This document shows positions 45,294 to 54,759 of a stretch of DNA of 64,000 nt, in pieces. Source of the DNA: Candidatus Woesearchaeota archaeon (lineage in GTDB: Archaea > Nanobdellota > Nanobdellia > Pacearchaeales > GW2011-AR1); NCBI GenBank assembly GCA_964419275.1, contig CAYQOY010000002.1, positions 6,568-70,567 of the forward strand, in the 5' to 3' direction. Below the pieces are notes generated by a model, which had not been told where the DNA came from, ran no database searches, and was given only the letters and a program-made list of their open reading frames with translations. Position 1 is the first letter of the stretch. The number at the start of each line of letters is the position of its first letter. A program made the translations under genes and the position numbers.

Positions 45294-46772
45294 ATGAGCA
45301 CTGAAAAAGCAGAATCTTTTGATTATGAAAAATTAGGACTTAAATCTGGATTGGAAATTCATCAACAATTAAATACAAAAAAACTTTTCTGTAATTGTCC
45401 TTCTGTTTTAATGAGCTCTGAGCCTGATTTTATTGTTAAAAGAAAGCTTCATCCTGTTGCAGGAGAAAGCGGAGAAATTGATGTTGCTGCAGAATATCAA
45501 TCCTCACTTGGAAAAACTTTTGTTTATCAGGCTTACAATGACACAAACTGTTCTGTGGAATTAGATGAGTCTCCTCCTCATGAAATAAATCAAGATGCAC
45601 TTAGAATAGCTGTTCAAGTTGCATTGTTGCTTAATTGCAAAATTCAAACTGTTTCCCAAATCATGAGAAAAATGGTTGTTGATGGAAGTAATACCTCTGG
45701 ATTTCAAAGAACTGTTTTCATTGCTCATGATGGCTATGTTGAAACTCAATATGGGAAAGTTGGAATTCAAAGCATTTGTTTAGAAGAAGATTCTGCAAGA
45801 ATTATTTCTGAAAATGAAAAAGAAGCTGTTTACAGATTGGACAGATTAGGAATCCCTCTTATAGAAATTGCTACTAGCCCAGATATTAAAACACCTGAGC
45901 AAGCAAAAGAAGTTGCTCTTTACATTGGAGACATTTTGAGAAGTTGTGATGTTAAACGAGGATTAGGAACAATTAGACAGGATGTTAATATGTCTATTGC
46001 AAAAGCAGGCGGAAAAAGAATTGAAATTAAAGGTGTTCAGGAGCCTGCTTTAATTGTTAAAACAATCAATTCTGAAATAAAACGACAGCTTGAACTTGTG
46101 GAAAAAGGAGAGAAGATAGTTTCTCATGTTAGAAAAGCATTGGAAAGCGGAGAAACTAGTTTTTTAAGACCAATGCCTGGAGCAGCAAGAATGTATCCTG
46201 AAACAGATTTGCCTTTGTTAAGAATTAGCAGAGAATTTATTGATGATACTAAGAAAACTCTTCCAAAACTGCCTTCAGAGTTAAGACAAGAGCTTGAAAA
46301 GCACGGACTTCATGAAGAATTAATCAAATTGATTCTTAAGGATAAAAGAATTGAAGAGTTTAGAGAGCTTGTTCAACTTAGAAAAAACCCTGAACTTGTT
46401 GCAAAGATGCTTGTTTTATTCCCTAAAGAATTAGCTTCTAAAAATAACAAATCTGTTGAAGAAATTGAGGAAGTTTTAAACAAAGATGTTTTAGTGGAAA
46501 TAATTGAAAAAGTCAATAAAAACAAAGTTTCAGAAAGCCAAGTTAAAGAGGTTATGAGCAGAATTGCTCAGGGAGTTTCTGTTTCAGATTCATTTAAGTT
46601 CAATGAAAAAGATTCCAATGAAATTGAAGAAAAGATAATTAAAATGATTAAAGAAAAACCAGGGCTTAGTGCAAATGCTTACATGGGTATTTTAATGAAA
46701 GAGTTTGCTGGCAAAATTCAACCAGGAGCTTTAATGAATTTAATTAACAAATATTCTACATCTGCAAAATAG
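45294..46772 (+). CDS. gatE: glutamyl-tRNA(Gln) amidotransferase subunit E (short form)
   Basis: GLKSGLEIHQQLNTKKLFCNC and GatB/E core motifs. At 492 aa it is shorter than typical GatE. Confidence 0.85.
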   Translation: MSTEKAESFDYEKLGLKSGLEIHQQLNTKKLFCNCPSVLMSSEPDFIVKRKLHPVAGESGEIDVAAEYQSSLGKTFVYQAYNDTNCSVELDESPPHEINQDALRIAVQVALLLNCKIQTVSQIMRKMVVDGSNTSGFQRTVFIAHDGYVETQYGKVGIQSICLEEDSARIISENEKEAVYRLDRLGIPLIEIATSPDIKTPEQAKEVALYIGDILRSCDVKRGLGTIRQDVNMSIAKAGGKRIEIKGVQEPALIVKTINSEIKRQLELVEKGEKIVSHVRKALESGETSFLRPMPGAARMYPETDLPLLRISREFIDDTKKTLPKLPSELRQELEKHGLHEELIKLILKDKRIEEFRELVQLRKNPELVAKMLVLFPKELASKNNKSVEEIEEVLNKDVLVEIIEKVNKNKVSESQVKEVMSRIAQGVSVSDSFKFNEKDSNEIEEKIIKMIKEKPGLSANAYMGILMKEFAGKIQPGALMNLINKYSTSAK

Positions 46773-46848
46773 AATTACACAGTTCTATGACACTAACCAG
46801 TAGTAACAAATAGCAAGATTTATAAAATGGAACCGTCTTTATTTAATT

Positions 46849-47304
46849 ATGATAAATACTCTGAAAGATGTTGTTTCTGTTGCAGGAGCTCTTACCGGAG
46901 GGTATACTCTAACATTGCTAGGTGCACAACTTATTGAAGCTTTAACCGGCGAAAAAATAACCTCTAAATCTCAATTAGAAGGAGTTATAGAAGAAGAATC
47001 TAAAAAATTAGGGATGCAAGATGAAATAATCGTTGGTAGGCTTTATTCTAGGGATGATAAAAGAATTAAAGGAGCAAGATGTTATAAAAGAGATTTTAAC
47101 ATCGATGGGAAAACTTTTTCTTCAGGAGTAGTTGAAATTAAAGGAGGGTTTGGCGCAACGAGAAATGTTGTTCGTCATGAGCTTTATCACTTAAAGAACC
47201 ATATTCCCCGTGAGAAAATATTCCATAATCCTTTACTTAGATTTCTTAGGGGATTTTTTTATGAAGAACCAACTGCAACAACTTACGCGCTTTTTGGAAA
47301 ATAG
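46849..47304 (+). CDS. small HExxH motif protein (putative zinc metallopeptidase)
   Basis: 151 aa with an N-terminal hydrophobic segment and RHELYHL (HExxH). I recognise no further family. Confidence 0.45.
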   Translation: MINTLKDVVSVAGALTGGYTLTLLGAQLIEALTGEKITSKSQLEGVIEEESKKLGMQDEIIVGRLYSRDDKRIKGARCYKRDFNIDGKTFSSGVVEIKGGFGATRNVVRHELYHLKNHIPREKIFHNPLLRFLRGFFYEEPTATTYALFGK

Positions 47305-47360
47305 AGTTTTATATTTTTAACAAAACATAATTTTAAAAATCTCAGAGGTTTGCTTAAAAC

Positions 47361-48668
47361 ATGTCCAGTGTTGACTTGAAAAAACTCAATGAAAAAAGAA
47401 TTTCTGTTAGTGAAGCTTTCAACTCTAAAAATAAAACTGTTGCTGTTGCAGGATGGGTTGAAAATATCAGAGAGCTTGGGAAAATCAGATTTATCCTTTT
47501 AAGAGATTCCACAGAAAAAATTCAAATAACAGCTGTTAAAGGAAAAGTTGATGACAAGGTTTTTGAGCAAATTTCCAAATTAACTAGAGAAAGCGTTATT
47601 TATGTTCAAGGTGAATTGCAGGAGTCTAAACAAGCACCGGGAGGAAAAGAGATTGTTCCAAAAGAGTTGGATGTCTTAGGACTAGCTAATGAAAATCTTC
47701 CAATTGATGTTTCTGAATTTTCTAAAACAGATTTACCAAAGAGGTTAGATAATAGATTTTTAGATATGCACAGAAGAAGAACTCAGGCTATTTTCAAAAT
47801 TCAATCAACACTTGCTTCTACTTTCATAAAGCACTTTGTTGATAAGGGATTCATGAATGTCCAACTGCCTTGTGTTATTTCAACATCTTCAGAAGGAGGA
47901 ACAGAATTATTCCCTGTTCAATATTTTGAGAAAAAAGCTTATCTTGCTCAATCACCTCAACTTTACAAACAAATGATTGCTTGCGCTGCTGAAAAAGTTG
48001 TGACAATAACTCCTGTTTGGAGAGCAGAGAAGCACAATACTCCAAGACACTTAAATGAATGCAGGCAAATGGATATTGAAGTTGCTTTTGCTGACCAGTT
48101 TACAATTATGAAATATGAAGAAGAAGCTGTTAAAGACATGGTTAAAACTGTAATTGAAAAAAATGCAAAGGATTTAGAAGTTCTTGGCTTGAAATTGAAG
48201 GTTCCTAAAGCGGTTTATTTAAGTTACAATGAAGCAATGGAAAAATTAAAAGTTAAACCTGGTGAAGATTTAACTCCTGACCAAGAAAAAAAGCTTTGCG
48301 ATATGTATCCTGGAGATATGGTTTTTGTTCACTCTTGGCCAACTCATTTAAGAGGATTTTATATCATGAGAAAAAATGCTGATCCTGAAGCAAAAGAAAC
48401 AGAAGGTTTTGATTGCTTGTACAAGGGAGTGGAAATAACTTCTGGTGGGCAAAGAATTCACATTCCAGAATTATTAGAAGCAATGTTGAAGAAGAAAGGA
48501 CTTAAACCTGAAAGTTTCAAAGCCTACATTGATTCGTTTAGATATGGAGCACCACCTCACGCAGGATGGAGCATTGGATTAGAAAGGCTTACAACAACTT
48601 TATTGGAATTAGACAATATAAGAGAAGCTGTTTTATTTCCAAGAGATAGAGATAGACTTGTACCTTAA
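47361..48668 (+). CDS. aspS: aspartyl-tRNA synthetase (archaeal type)
   Basis: N-terminal OB fold. Class II motifs FRAEKHNTPRHLNE-like and GGQRIH. C-terminus has GLERL and FPRDRDRL. Confidence 0.9.
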   Translation: MSSVDLKKLNEKRISVSEAFNSKNKTVAVAGWVENIRELGKIRFILLRDSTEKIQITAVKGKVDDKVFEQISKLTRESVIYVQGELQESKQAPGGKEIVPKELDVLGLANENLPIDVSEFSKTDLPKRLDNRFLDMHRRRTQAIFKIQSTLASTFIKHFVDKGFMNVQLPCVISTSSEGGTELFPVQYFEKKAYLAQSPQLYKQMIACAAEKVVTITPVWRAEKHNTPRHLNECRQMDIEVAFADQFTIMKYEEEAVKDMVKTVIEKNAKDLEVLGLKLKVPKAVYLSYNEAMEKLKVKPGEDLTPDQEKKLCDMYPGDMVFVHSWPTHLRGFYIMRKNADPEAKETEGFDCLYKGVEITSGGQRIHIPELLEAMLKKKGLKPESFKAYIDSFRYGAPPHAGWSIGLERLTTTLLELDNIREAVLFPRDRDRLVP

Positions 48669-48793
48669 TTTTCTCTTTTTAAGTTATTTTAAATATCTTT
48701 TCCCGCGATTTGTTTAACTTTTTAGGGAATAGTTAACTTTAAAAAAGGCGAGTGTTAAATTATGCGAGCCTTTACAGGCTGGAAAAAACTAAA

Positions 48794-48886
48794 ATGGCAA
48801 AATACGAAGAAGACGAAGAAGAATTTGAAGACGAAGAAGACGAAGACGAAGACGACTACGACTCCGACGGAGACGACGACTACTAA
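48794..48886 (+). CDS. 30-aa extremely acidic micro-ORF (hypothetical)
   Basis: Hand-translated: MAKYEEDEEEFEDEEDEDEDDYDSDGDDDY. The region is built largely from GAAGAC-like repeats, so it may be a repeat rather than a gene. Confidence 0.25.
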   Translation: MAKYEEDEEEFEDEEDEDEDDYDSDGDDDY

Positions 48887-48969
48887 ATCCTCTTTTGTTT
48901 TATTTTTTCTTTTTATTTTTTAAAAGAAATCCTTAGATTTTTAAATAGCTCATCCTTGTTGTTTTTATC

Positions 48970-49236
48970 ATGAGCTCAGATTCAAAACAAGACATTTTCG
49001 GCGAAGAAGGCAGAAAGCGGATCAAGCAGCTAATAGAATCTTTCTCTAAAAAAATTAGTTCTGTTGGGAGCTTAGAGCAAGAACCAGAAATAATCCGAGG
49101 TGCTTGCGATAGGGAAGAAGAAAAAGATTCTGTGAAAACAGATATTCAAGACAACTCTGAATTTCAAAAATTAATGTTCAAGAATGCTAAAGAAAAGAAC
49201 AATGATTTTATTGTTGCGGAGAAGAAAAAATGGTAG
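48970..49236 (+). CDS. gatC: GatC-like amidotransferase subunit C
   Basis: 88 aa. The C-terminal half aligns loosely with GatC (EP....REE....KNAKEKNNDFIVAE against EP....RED...NAP...GY..VP). It overlaps the gatA start by 7 nt. Confidence 0.55.
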   Translation: MSSDSKQDIFGEEGRKRIKQLIESFSKKISSVGSLEQEPEIIRGACDREEEKDSVKTDIQDNSEFQKLMFKNAKEKNNDFIVAEKKKW

Positions 49237-50549
49237 TTGTAGAACATTTGAAAGAGTGCTTAGAAAAAATTAAGAAAGATGAAAAAAAAATTAATTCATT
49301 TATTCAGTTAAGAGATGAAAAAGAACTTGTTGAAGAAGCAAAAAAGATTGATGAAAAGATCAAGAAAGGAAAAGCAGGCAGACTTGCTGGAAAAATTGTC
49401 GCTATTAAGTCTAATATTAATGTGAAAGGGCTAAAGATTTCTTGTGCCTCGAAAACCCTTGAAGATTATTATGCTCCTTACAATGCAACTGTAATTGAAA
49501 AAATTCTTGCAGAAGATGGATTAATTATTGGAATGGCAAATATGGATGAATTTGCCTGCGGTAGTTCTGGAGAAACTTCTGCTTTTGGGCCCGCTAGAAA
49601 TCCAGTAAATCCCTTGCTTATTCCAGGAGGAAGTTCAAGCGGAAGTGCTTGTTCTGTCGCAGCTGGATTTTGCGATATGTCTTTAGGAAGCGATACAGGT
49701 GGAAGCATCAGAGTTCCTGCTTCAAACTGCGGAGTTGTCGGAATAAAGCCAACTTACGCAACTGTTTCCAGATACGGATTAATTGATTTAGCAATGAGCT
49801 TAGATCAAATCGGGCCTTTTGCAAAAAATGTTTCTGATGTAGCTATTCTTTTAGATGTAATGAGGGGACAAGATGAAAAAGATTCTATTTGTAAGCAAAC
49901 AAAGAAATTTGATATGAAAAAAATTGAACAGATCCCAAAAGAATTGAAAATTGGGATTTTAGATTTCAAAATCAAAGACGAAAGAATCTCGAAATTAATC
50001 AAAGAAAAAGTTCAGCAAATTGCTAAAAAACAAAACTGGCAAGTTAAGGATATTAAAATAAAAGATATGGATGTTGCAATTGACACCTATTACCCTTTAG
50101 TTTATGTTGAATTTTTCTCTGCAACTCGTAGATTTGATGGAAGAAGATATGGAAAAAAAATTGAAGATTCTGCAGGCGAAGAAGTTTTAAGAAGAATTCT
50201 TGGTGGAGCTGAGATTTCCAAAGAAGAGCAAAAAGGAAGATATTATTACACTGCTTTGAAAGTAAGAGAAATGATTAAGCAAGAATTCTCTAAGGCATTC
50301 AAAGATGTTGATTGCATTATTTGCCCAACAACACCTAAGCTTCCTCATAAAATCGGAGAAAAAATTTCTGTTCAAGAAATGTATGAGTATGATGCTTTAA
50401 CTGTTCCTTCTAATTTAGCGGGAAATTGTGCAATTACAATGCCTATTGGTGAACTGGATCAAATTCCAGTTGGAATGCAAATTATTTGTGATGAAATGCA
50501 AGATGAAAAAATGCTTCAAATAGCAAGAAGCTTTGAGAAGTTGATTTAA
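49230..50549 (+). CDS. gatA: glutamyl-tRNA(Gln)/aspartyl-tRNA(Asn) amidotransferase subunit A
   Basis: Amidase signature GGSSSGSACSVAAG...GSDTGGSIRVPAS. 439 aa. Confidence 0.9.
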   Translation: MVVVEHLKECLEKIKKDEKKINSFIQLRDEKELVEEAKKIDEKIKKGKAGRLAGKIVAIKSNINVKGLKISCASKTLEDYYAPYNATVIEKILAEDGLIIGMANMDEFACGSSGETSAFGPARNPVNPLLIPGGSSSGSACSVAAGFCDMSLGSDTGGSIRVPASNCGVVGIKPTYATVSRYGLIDLAMSLDQIGPFAKNVSDVAILLDVMRGQDEKDSICKQTKKFDMKKIEQIPKELKIGILDFKIKDERISKLIKEKVQQIAKKQNWQVKDIKIKDMDVAIDTYYPLVYVEFFSATRRFDGRRYGKKIEDSAGEEVLRRILGGAEISKEEQKGRYYYTALKVREMIKQEFSKAFKDVDCIICPTTPKLPHKIGEKISVQEMYEYDALTVPSNLAGNCAITMPIGELDQIPVGMQIICDEMQDEKMLQIARSFEKLI

Positions 50550-50597
50550 AAAATAAGAAAAAGCAAATTTTATAAACACGTATTTTATCGCTTTCTC

Positions 50598-50939
50598 ATG
50601 ACAAATAAAGATATAAAATTATTCTACCCAGAAGATGCTTACTTAATGGGTGTCGGGGCAATTTGTGGAATGATTGTAGGATATTGCAATGCAAAAAATA
50701 TTCCTTTTAAACCTGAAGATTTAGAAACTTCTTTGAAATATACTCCGGCAGTGATTCATTCTTTAGCAGGGGCCATAAGGGGAGTCACCAAGAAAGTTGA
50801 TAGCACAGATTCTAAGAGAGACGAATCTAGAGAAGTTTCTGGCAATGTTTTAGAAAATATGTTTTCTGGCGCAGTAAAAGGAGCAGGTTCAGCCGCAGTG
50901 GGATACGGATTTGGGTACACTCTTGGAAAACTCTTTTAA
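50598..50939 (+). CDS. hypothetical small Gly-rich protein
   Basis: 113 aa with hydrophobic/Gly-rich ends (GVGAICGMIVGY, GSAAVGYGFGYTLG). No recognisable family. Confidence 0.4.
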   Translation: MTNKDIKLFYPEDAYLMGVGAICGMIVGYCNAKNIPFKPEDLETSLKYTPAVIHSLAGAIRGVTKKVDSTDSKRDESREVSGNVLENMFSGAVKGAGSAAVGYGFGYTLGKLF

Positions 50940-50990
50940 TTTCTGATTTTTTCCATAAACATTTAAAAATAAACTTGATTTTTGAAAGGC

Positions 50991-51653
50991 ATGTTAATTA
51001 AAGAGGTCGAGATAAATTGGTTAGGTCATTCTAGTGTTAAAATTAAAACACCAGATAAAAAAATTATTTACATTGATCCTTATGAAATAAAAGATAATTC
51101 TGAAAAAGCTGATTTTATTTTGATTACACACAGTCATCCGGATCATTGCAGCACTGCAGATATTGAAAAAATAATAAAACAAAATTCTCATGTGGTAATC
51201 AGCGCAGACTGTCAAAGTAAAATTACAAGAATTAAAACTCCTTTGAAAATTCAGGTTATTGAACTAGGAAATGAACTTGATTTTCACACAATCAAAATTT
51301 TAAGTGTTCCTGCCTATAATTCTGATAAATCTTTTCATCCAAAAAGCGAGGCTTGGTTTGGTTATGTGATAAAGATTGGGGAAGTAATAATTTATCATGC
51401 AGGAGATACCGATTTAATTCCAGAAATGCAAAAGCTTACAGGGTATAAAAGAAATGGAAATGAGTTTATTGCCTTGCTTCCTATTGGAGGAAGATTTACA
51501 ATGAATGTTGATGAAGCTGTTGAAGCTGCTAGAATAATAAAACCAAGTTTAGGAATTCCAATTCATTATGGAAGTATAATTGCAACAAAAAACGACGCTG
51601 AAGAGTTTGTAAATCAATGTAAAAAACAGGGAATTAGCTCAAAAATTCTTTAA
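50991..51653 (+). CDS. metallo-beta-lactamase fold hydrolase (UPF0173-like)
   Basis: Motifs LITHSHPDH, YHAGDT and IPIHYG. The track start at 50982 is a TTG; the first ATG is 50991. Confidence 0.75.
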   Translation: MLIKEVEINWLGHSSVKIKTPDKKIIYIDPYEIKDNSEKADFILITHSHPDHCSTADIEKIIKQNSHVVISADCQSKITRIKTPLKIQVIELGNELDFHTIKILSVPAYNSDKSFHPKSEAWFGYVIKIGEVIIYHAGDTDLIPEMQKLTGYKRNGNEFIALLPIGGRFTMNVDEAVEAARIIKPSLGIPIHYGSIIATKNDAEEFVNQCKKQGISSKIL

Positions 51654-51862
51654 TAATTCTGAATTTAACTACCTTCTGAAGAATAAAAATATTTTTAAAG
51701 AAATAGTATTTGTTTTTATTAATTTATTCGGCTTGGCGGTTTGAATAAATTAACAGGTGTAGGTGTTTTTCTCTTTCTAATTAGTCGCAGGTATGCGAAG
51801 TATTTAAAACTTTCGCAGAATATCTCGACGACTAACCAATTAAATAACACAGGAGGTAAAAA

Positions 51863-52945
51863 ATGGTACTAAACTTTGCAAAAGAGGCTGTAGACAATGC
51901 TTCAACACATGGAATCAACTTTGATGACTTAAAAGCTGGAAAGGCAAACATTAAGGTTATTGGAGTAGGTGGATGTGGATGTAACGCTATAACCTGGCTT
52001 TTCAACAAGGGAATCAATGGGGCAACTGTTTATGGGGCAAACACAGATGCATTGCACCTTAGTGTTACCAAAGCAGATGAAAAGATTCTTATTGGAAAAG
52101 AGTTAACTAGAGGACTTGGAGCAGGCGGAATACCTCAAAAAGCAAGAGAAGCTGCAAAAGAAGCAATCGTTGACCTTAAGAAGGCTGTTTCTGGGGCAGA
52201 TATGATTTTTGTTGTTGCAGGTATGGGCGGTGGAACAGGAACCGGAGCAGCACCAGTTGTAGCTCAGTTAGCTAAAGAAACAGGCGCAGTAGTTATTGGA
52301 GTTGTTACAATGCCTTTCGATTCAGAAAAAGCAAGAATCGACAAAGCAGAATTCGGATTGCAAGAGTTAAGAGAGGTAACTGATACCACTATTGTTATTG
52401 ATAACAATAGACTTGTAGATATTGCAGGACAGTTGCCACTTGAACAAGCATTCGCTGTAGCAAACGAGTTGATCAGTGTCATGGTAAAGGGTATTGTTGA
52501 AACAATTACTCTTCCAAGTTTGATTAACCTGGACTACGCAGATGTTTCCGCAATTATGAAAGATGGTGGAGTTGCAGTTATAGGTGTTGGTGAAAGTGAC
52601 TCTTCCTCACACAGAGTAGCTGAAGCAGTACAACAAGCACTTACAAATCCTCTACTTGATGTGGATTACAAAGGTGCTACTGGTGCTTTAATACACGTTA
52701 CTTGCGGACCAGACCTTAAGCTTGAAGAATTCGACAATGTCGGTAGAATTGTTTCTGAAAACCTTAGTGCAGAAGCAAACGTAATTATTGGAGCTAGAAT
52801 TAACAAAGAGTTCCAGGGAAAAGTACGAGTCATTACAATTATGACTGGTGTTAAGTCCCCTTACGTTTTAGGTAAAGAAAGACCAGAAACAGTTTCAAGG
52901 CCTTCAAAGGAAATGTCTGATTTAGGGATAGAAGTTTGGAGATAA
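51863..52945 (+). CDS. ftsZ: cell division protein FtsZ
   Basis: GVGGCGCNAI and the tubulin signature GMGGGTGTGAAPVVA. A GGAGGT Shine-Dalgarno-like sequence sits 6 nt upstream of the ATG. Confidence 0.93.
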   Translation: MVLNFAKEAVDNASTHGINFDDLKAGKANIKVIGVGGCGCNAITWLFNKGINGATVYGANTDALHLSVTKADEKILIGKELTRGLGAGGIPQKAREAAKEAIVDLKKAVSGADMIFVVAGMGGGTGTGAAPVVAQLAKETGAVVIGVVTMPFDSEKARIDKAEFGLQELREVTDTTIVIDNNRLVDIAGQLPLEQAFAVANELISVMVKGIVETITLPSLINLDYADVSAIMKDGGVAVIGVGESDSSSHRVAEAVQQALTNPLLDVDYKGATGALIHVTCGPDLKLEEFDNVGRIVSENLSAEANVIIGARINKEFQGKVRVITIMTGVKSPYVLGKERPETVSRPSKEMSDLGIEVWR

Positions 52946-52960
52946 ATTCAAGCTTAATTC

Positions 52961-53009
52961 CACTTTTTTATTTTTTAACCCCCGGGGTTTTCCCGGGATT
53001 TATTTTTTT
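52961..53009 (+). terminator. T-tracts plus GC hairpin downstream of ftsZ
   Basis: The segment reads CTTTTTTATTTTTT, then hairpin CCCGGG(52981-52986)-GTTTT-CCCGGG(52992-52997), then TTTATTTTTTT. Confidence 0.5.
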
Positions 53010-53053
53010 AATAATTTTTAATTAATCAAGAAATGTTGTTCACTAGTTTAGAT

Positions 53054-53479
53054 TTAAAGGAAGGAAATTCTTTCAATTAAGACTTGTGCAACAAACGCAA
53101 TACATGCTGCAATTTTTAAAGAAGAGTCTATCTTTGAAAGTTTCTTTTTCTTTATTTTTTCTTTGATAAGTAATCCTGTCAAAACAACTCCTGGAACGAT
53201 TATAAATGCGAATTCTGTCAAGATTGTAAGAATTATAGAGAGAGCATTTACAATAAAGAAGCAGGTTTCACTTCCTTCAACAAAGCAATTTTTTAGATGA
53301 ATGAAAATTCTAAAACTAATTCCTGGGAGCCATTTTGTAGATTCAATTAAAAATAAAAGTAATACACTGAATAAAAGAATTAAGATTATTTCTTTAAAAG
53401 TTTCTTTTTTACTCTTGTTTTTTGAATTAGCTTTCATGTTTTTTGAAATCATTAATCTTTTTTGTTTTGAAATCATCAA
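53054..53479 (-). CDS. hypothetical membrane protein
   Basis: 141 aa with a basic N-terminus and three or four hydrophobic helices. The track start overlaps the nitroreductase 3' end, so an internal ATG may be the real start. Confidence 0.45.
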   Translation of the reverse strand: MMISKQKRLMISKNMKANSKNKSKKETFKEIILILLFSVLLLFLIESTKWLPGISFRIFIHLKNCFVEGSETCFFIVNALSIILTILTEFAFIIVPGVVLTGLLIKEKIKKKKLSKIDSSLKIAACIAFVAQVLIERISFL

Positions 53480-53984
53480 ATCGGATTACATTCTCTAAGG
53501 GAATTTTGTTTTTTGGTGCGCGCTTTTTCATTTCATATCCAATTGGAATAACCGCTTCAACTTGCATTTTGTTAGGGATATTAAGTTCAACTTTGATTTC
53601 ATGCTCTTCAAAAAGTCCAACCCAGCAAGTGGAAAGGCCCAAGTCTTGCGCTTTCAATAAAATATTCTGTATTGCTGCTCCTGCTTGTTGTCTGCAATAA
53701 ATCTGCCCTGATTCTTCTCCAAATTCATTTATTAATCTGGAAGGGTCTGAAATCGCGACAATAACATAATGAGCTTGGGCAACAAAAAGTTGATGACAAG
53801 ACTGGGCAACGCTGTTTATTTTATTTGGATTTTTTAAAACAATAAATTTCATTTCAAAATTATTTCCTGCAGAAGGAGCGAAACGAGCAGCATTCACGCA
53901 TTCAATAATTGCTCTCCAATCAGGTTTTCTTTTAGAAAATTCTCTCACACTCTTTCTTGATTGAATTGCCTTGTCTAAATCCAT
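53427..53984 (-). CDS. nitroreductase family protein
   Basis: The N-terminus AIQSRKSVREFSKRKPD...ARFAPSAGN is the classic nitroreductase signature. 185 aa. Confidence 0.85.
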   Translation of the reverse strand: MDLDKAIQSRKSVREFSKRKPDWRAIIECVNAARFAPSAGNNFEMKFIVLKNPNKINSVAQSCHQLFVAQAHYVIVAISDPSRLINEFGEESGQIYCRQQAGAAIQNILLKAQDLGLSTCWVGLFEEHEIKVELNIPNKMQVEAVIPIGYEMKKRAPKNKIPLENVIRFDDFKTKKINDFKKHES

Positions 53985-54018
53985 ATTTAACTAAAGAGAA
54001 AGATGTTTATAAAATTAT

Positions 54019-54411
54019 TCAGGGTTCTTCTGCATCGTAATCTTTCCAAGCAGTTAATGGAAGATTATCTTGATTTTCATTTCCAAACTCCGCGTCAAGT
54101 ACTTTTTCAGGCAAAAGACCGGAAAAATGTTTTCTTGCTTCTGTTGTGTTTCCATAAAAAAAGAATCCTTCAACAGGTGCAAAATCTTTTCCCATATTAG
54201 CATGATTCAGGTTAAATAAATAATACTCACTTATTCCTGCTAAGGGATATTCTTTTTTTAAAAAATCCAGAGTTTCAATTTCTCCTTTATCATTTTCCAT
54301 TAAGCGAGAATATAACGAAGAAATTTTTACTTTAAGAGGATTTCTTTCTTCTTGATTTTCTTCATAAAAAATTTCTTTAAGAATTTTCATAGAACTTAAT
54401 GCCAAAGGCAA
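54019..54411 (-). CDS. hypothetical protein, member 3 of a tandem paralog triplet
   Basis: Shares GISEYYLF ... LLPEKVLDAEFG with the two upstream genes. The likely start is the internal ATG at 54390 (MKILKEI). Confidence 0.5.
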   Translation of the reverse strand: MPLALSSMKILKEIFYEENQEERNPLKVKISSLYSRLMENDKGEIETLDFLKKEYPLAGISEYYLFNLNHANMGKDFAPVEGFFFYGNTTEARKHFSGLLPEKVLDAEFGNENQDNLPLTAWKDYDAEEP

Positions 54412-54435
54412 TATTTAATATTTTTGATTAGAAGG

Positions 54436-54753
54436 TTATTTTCTTAAAACTTTTTCAAGCACATTTTTTGGGAGGTAAGCCTCTAAGTTTTTCCTAGTTG
54501 TTTTTTCATCTACATGAGAAATAAATATCGAGTTTATTGTAGACTCTTCTGGGTGTAGAAGGGAATCTTTTCTTTCTAGAACATAATATTCTCTTAATCC
54601 TGAATTTCCGTATTCTCTCTCTGAAACTTCAATGGTTCTAATCTCTTCATTATCGGTTTTGTAGCATTCTAAGTATGTCCAGTTAACTCTTACTCCTGCT
54701 GTATTAATTATTTTGCTTTTATTCGGGTATAGAAGTGTTCCTGACTTTTTCAT
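54436..54753 (-). CDS. hypothetical protein, member 2 of a tandem paralog triplet
   Basis: 105 aa. GLREYYVLE ... AYLPKNVLEKVL matches the shared module. Confidence 0.5.
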   Translation of the reverse strand: MKKSGTLLYPNKSKIINTAGVRVNWTYLECYKTDNEEIRTIEVSEREYGNSGLREYYVLERKDSLLHPEESTINSIFISHVDEKTTRKNLEAYLPKNVLEKVLRK

Positions 54754-54759
54754 TTTAAA

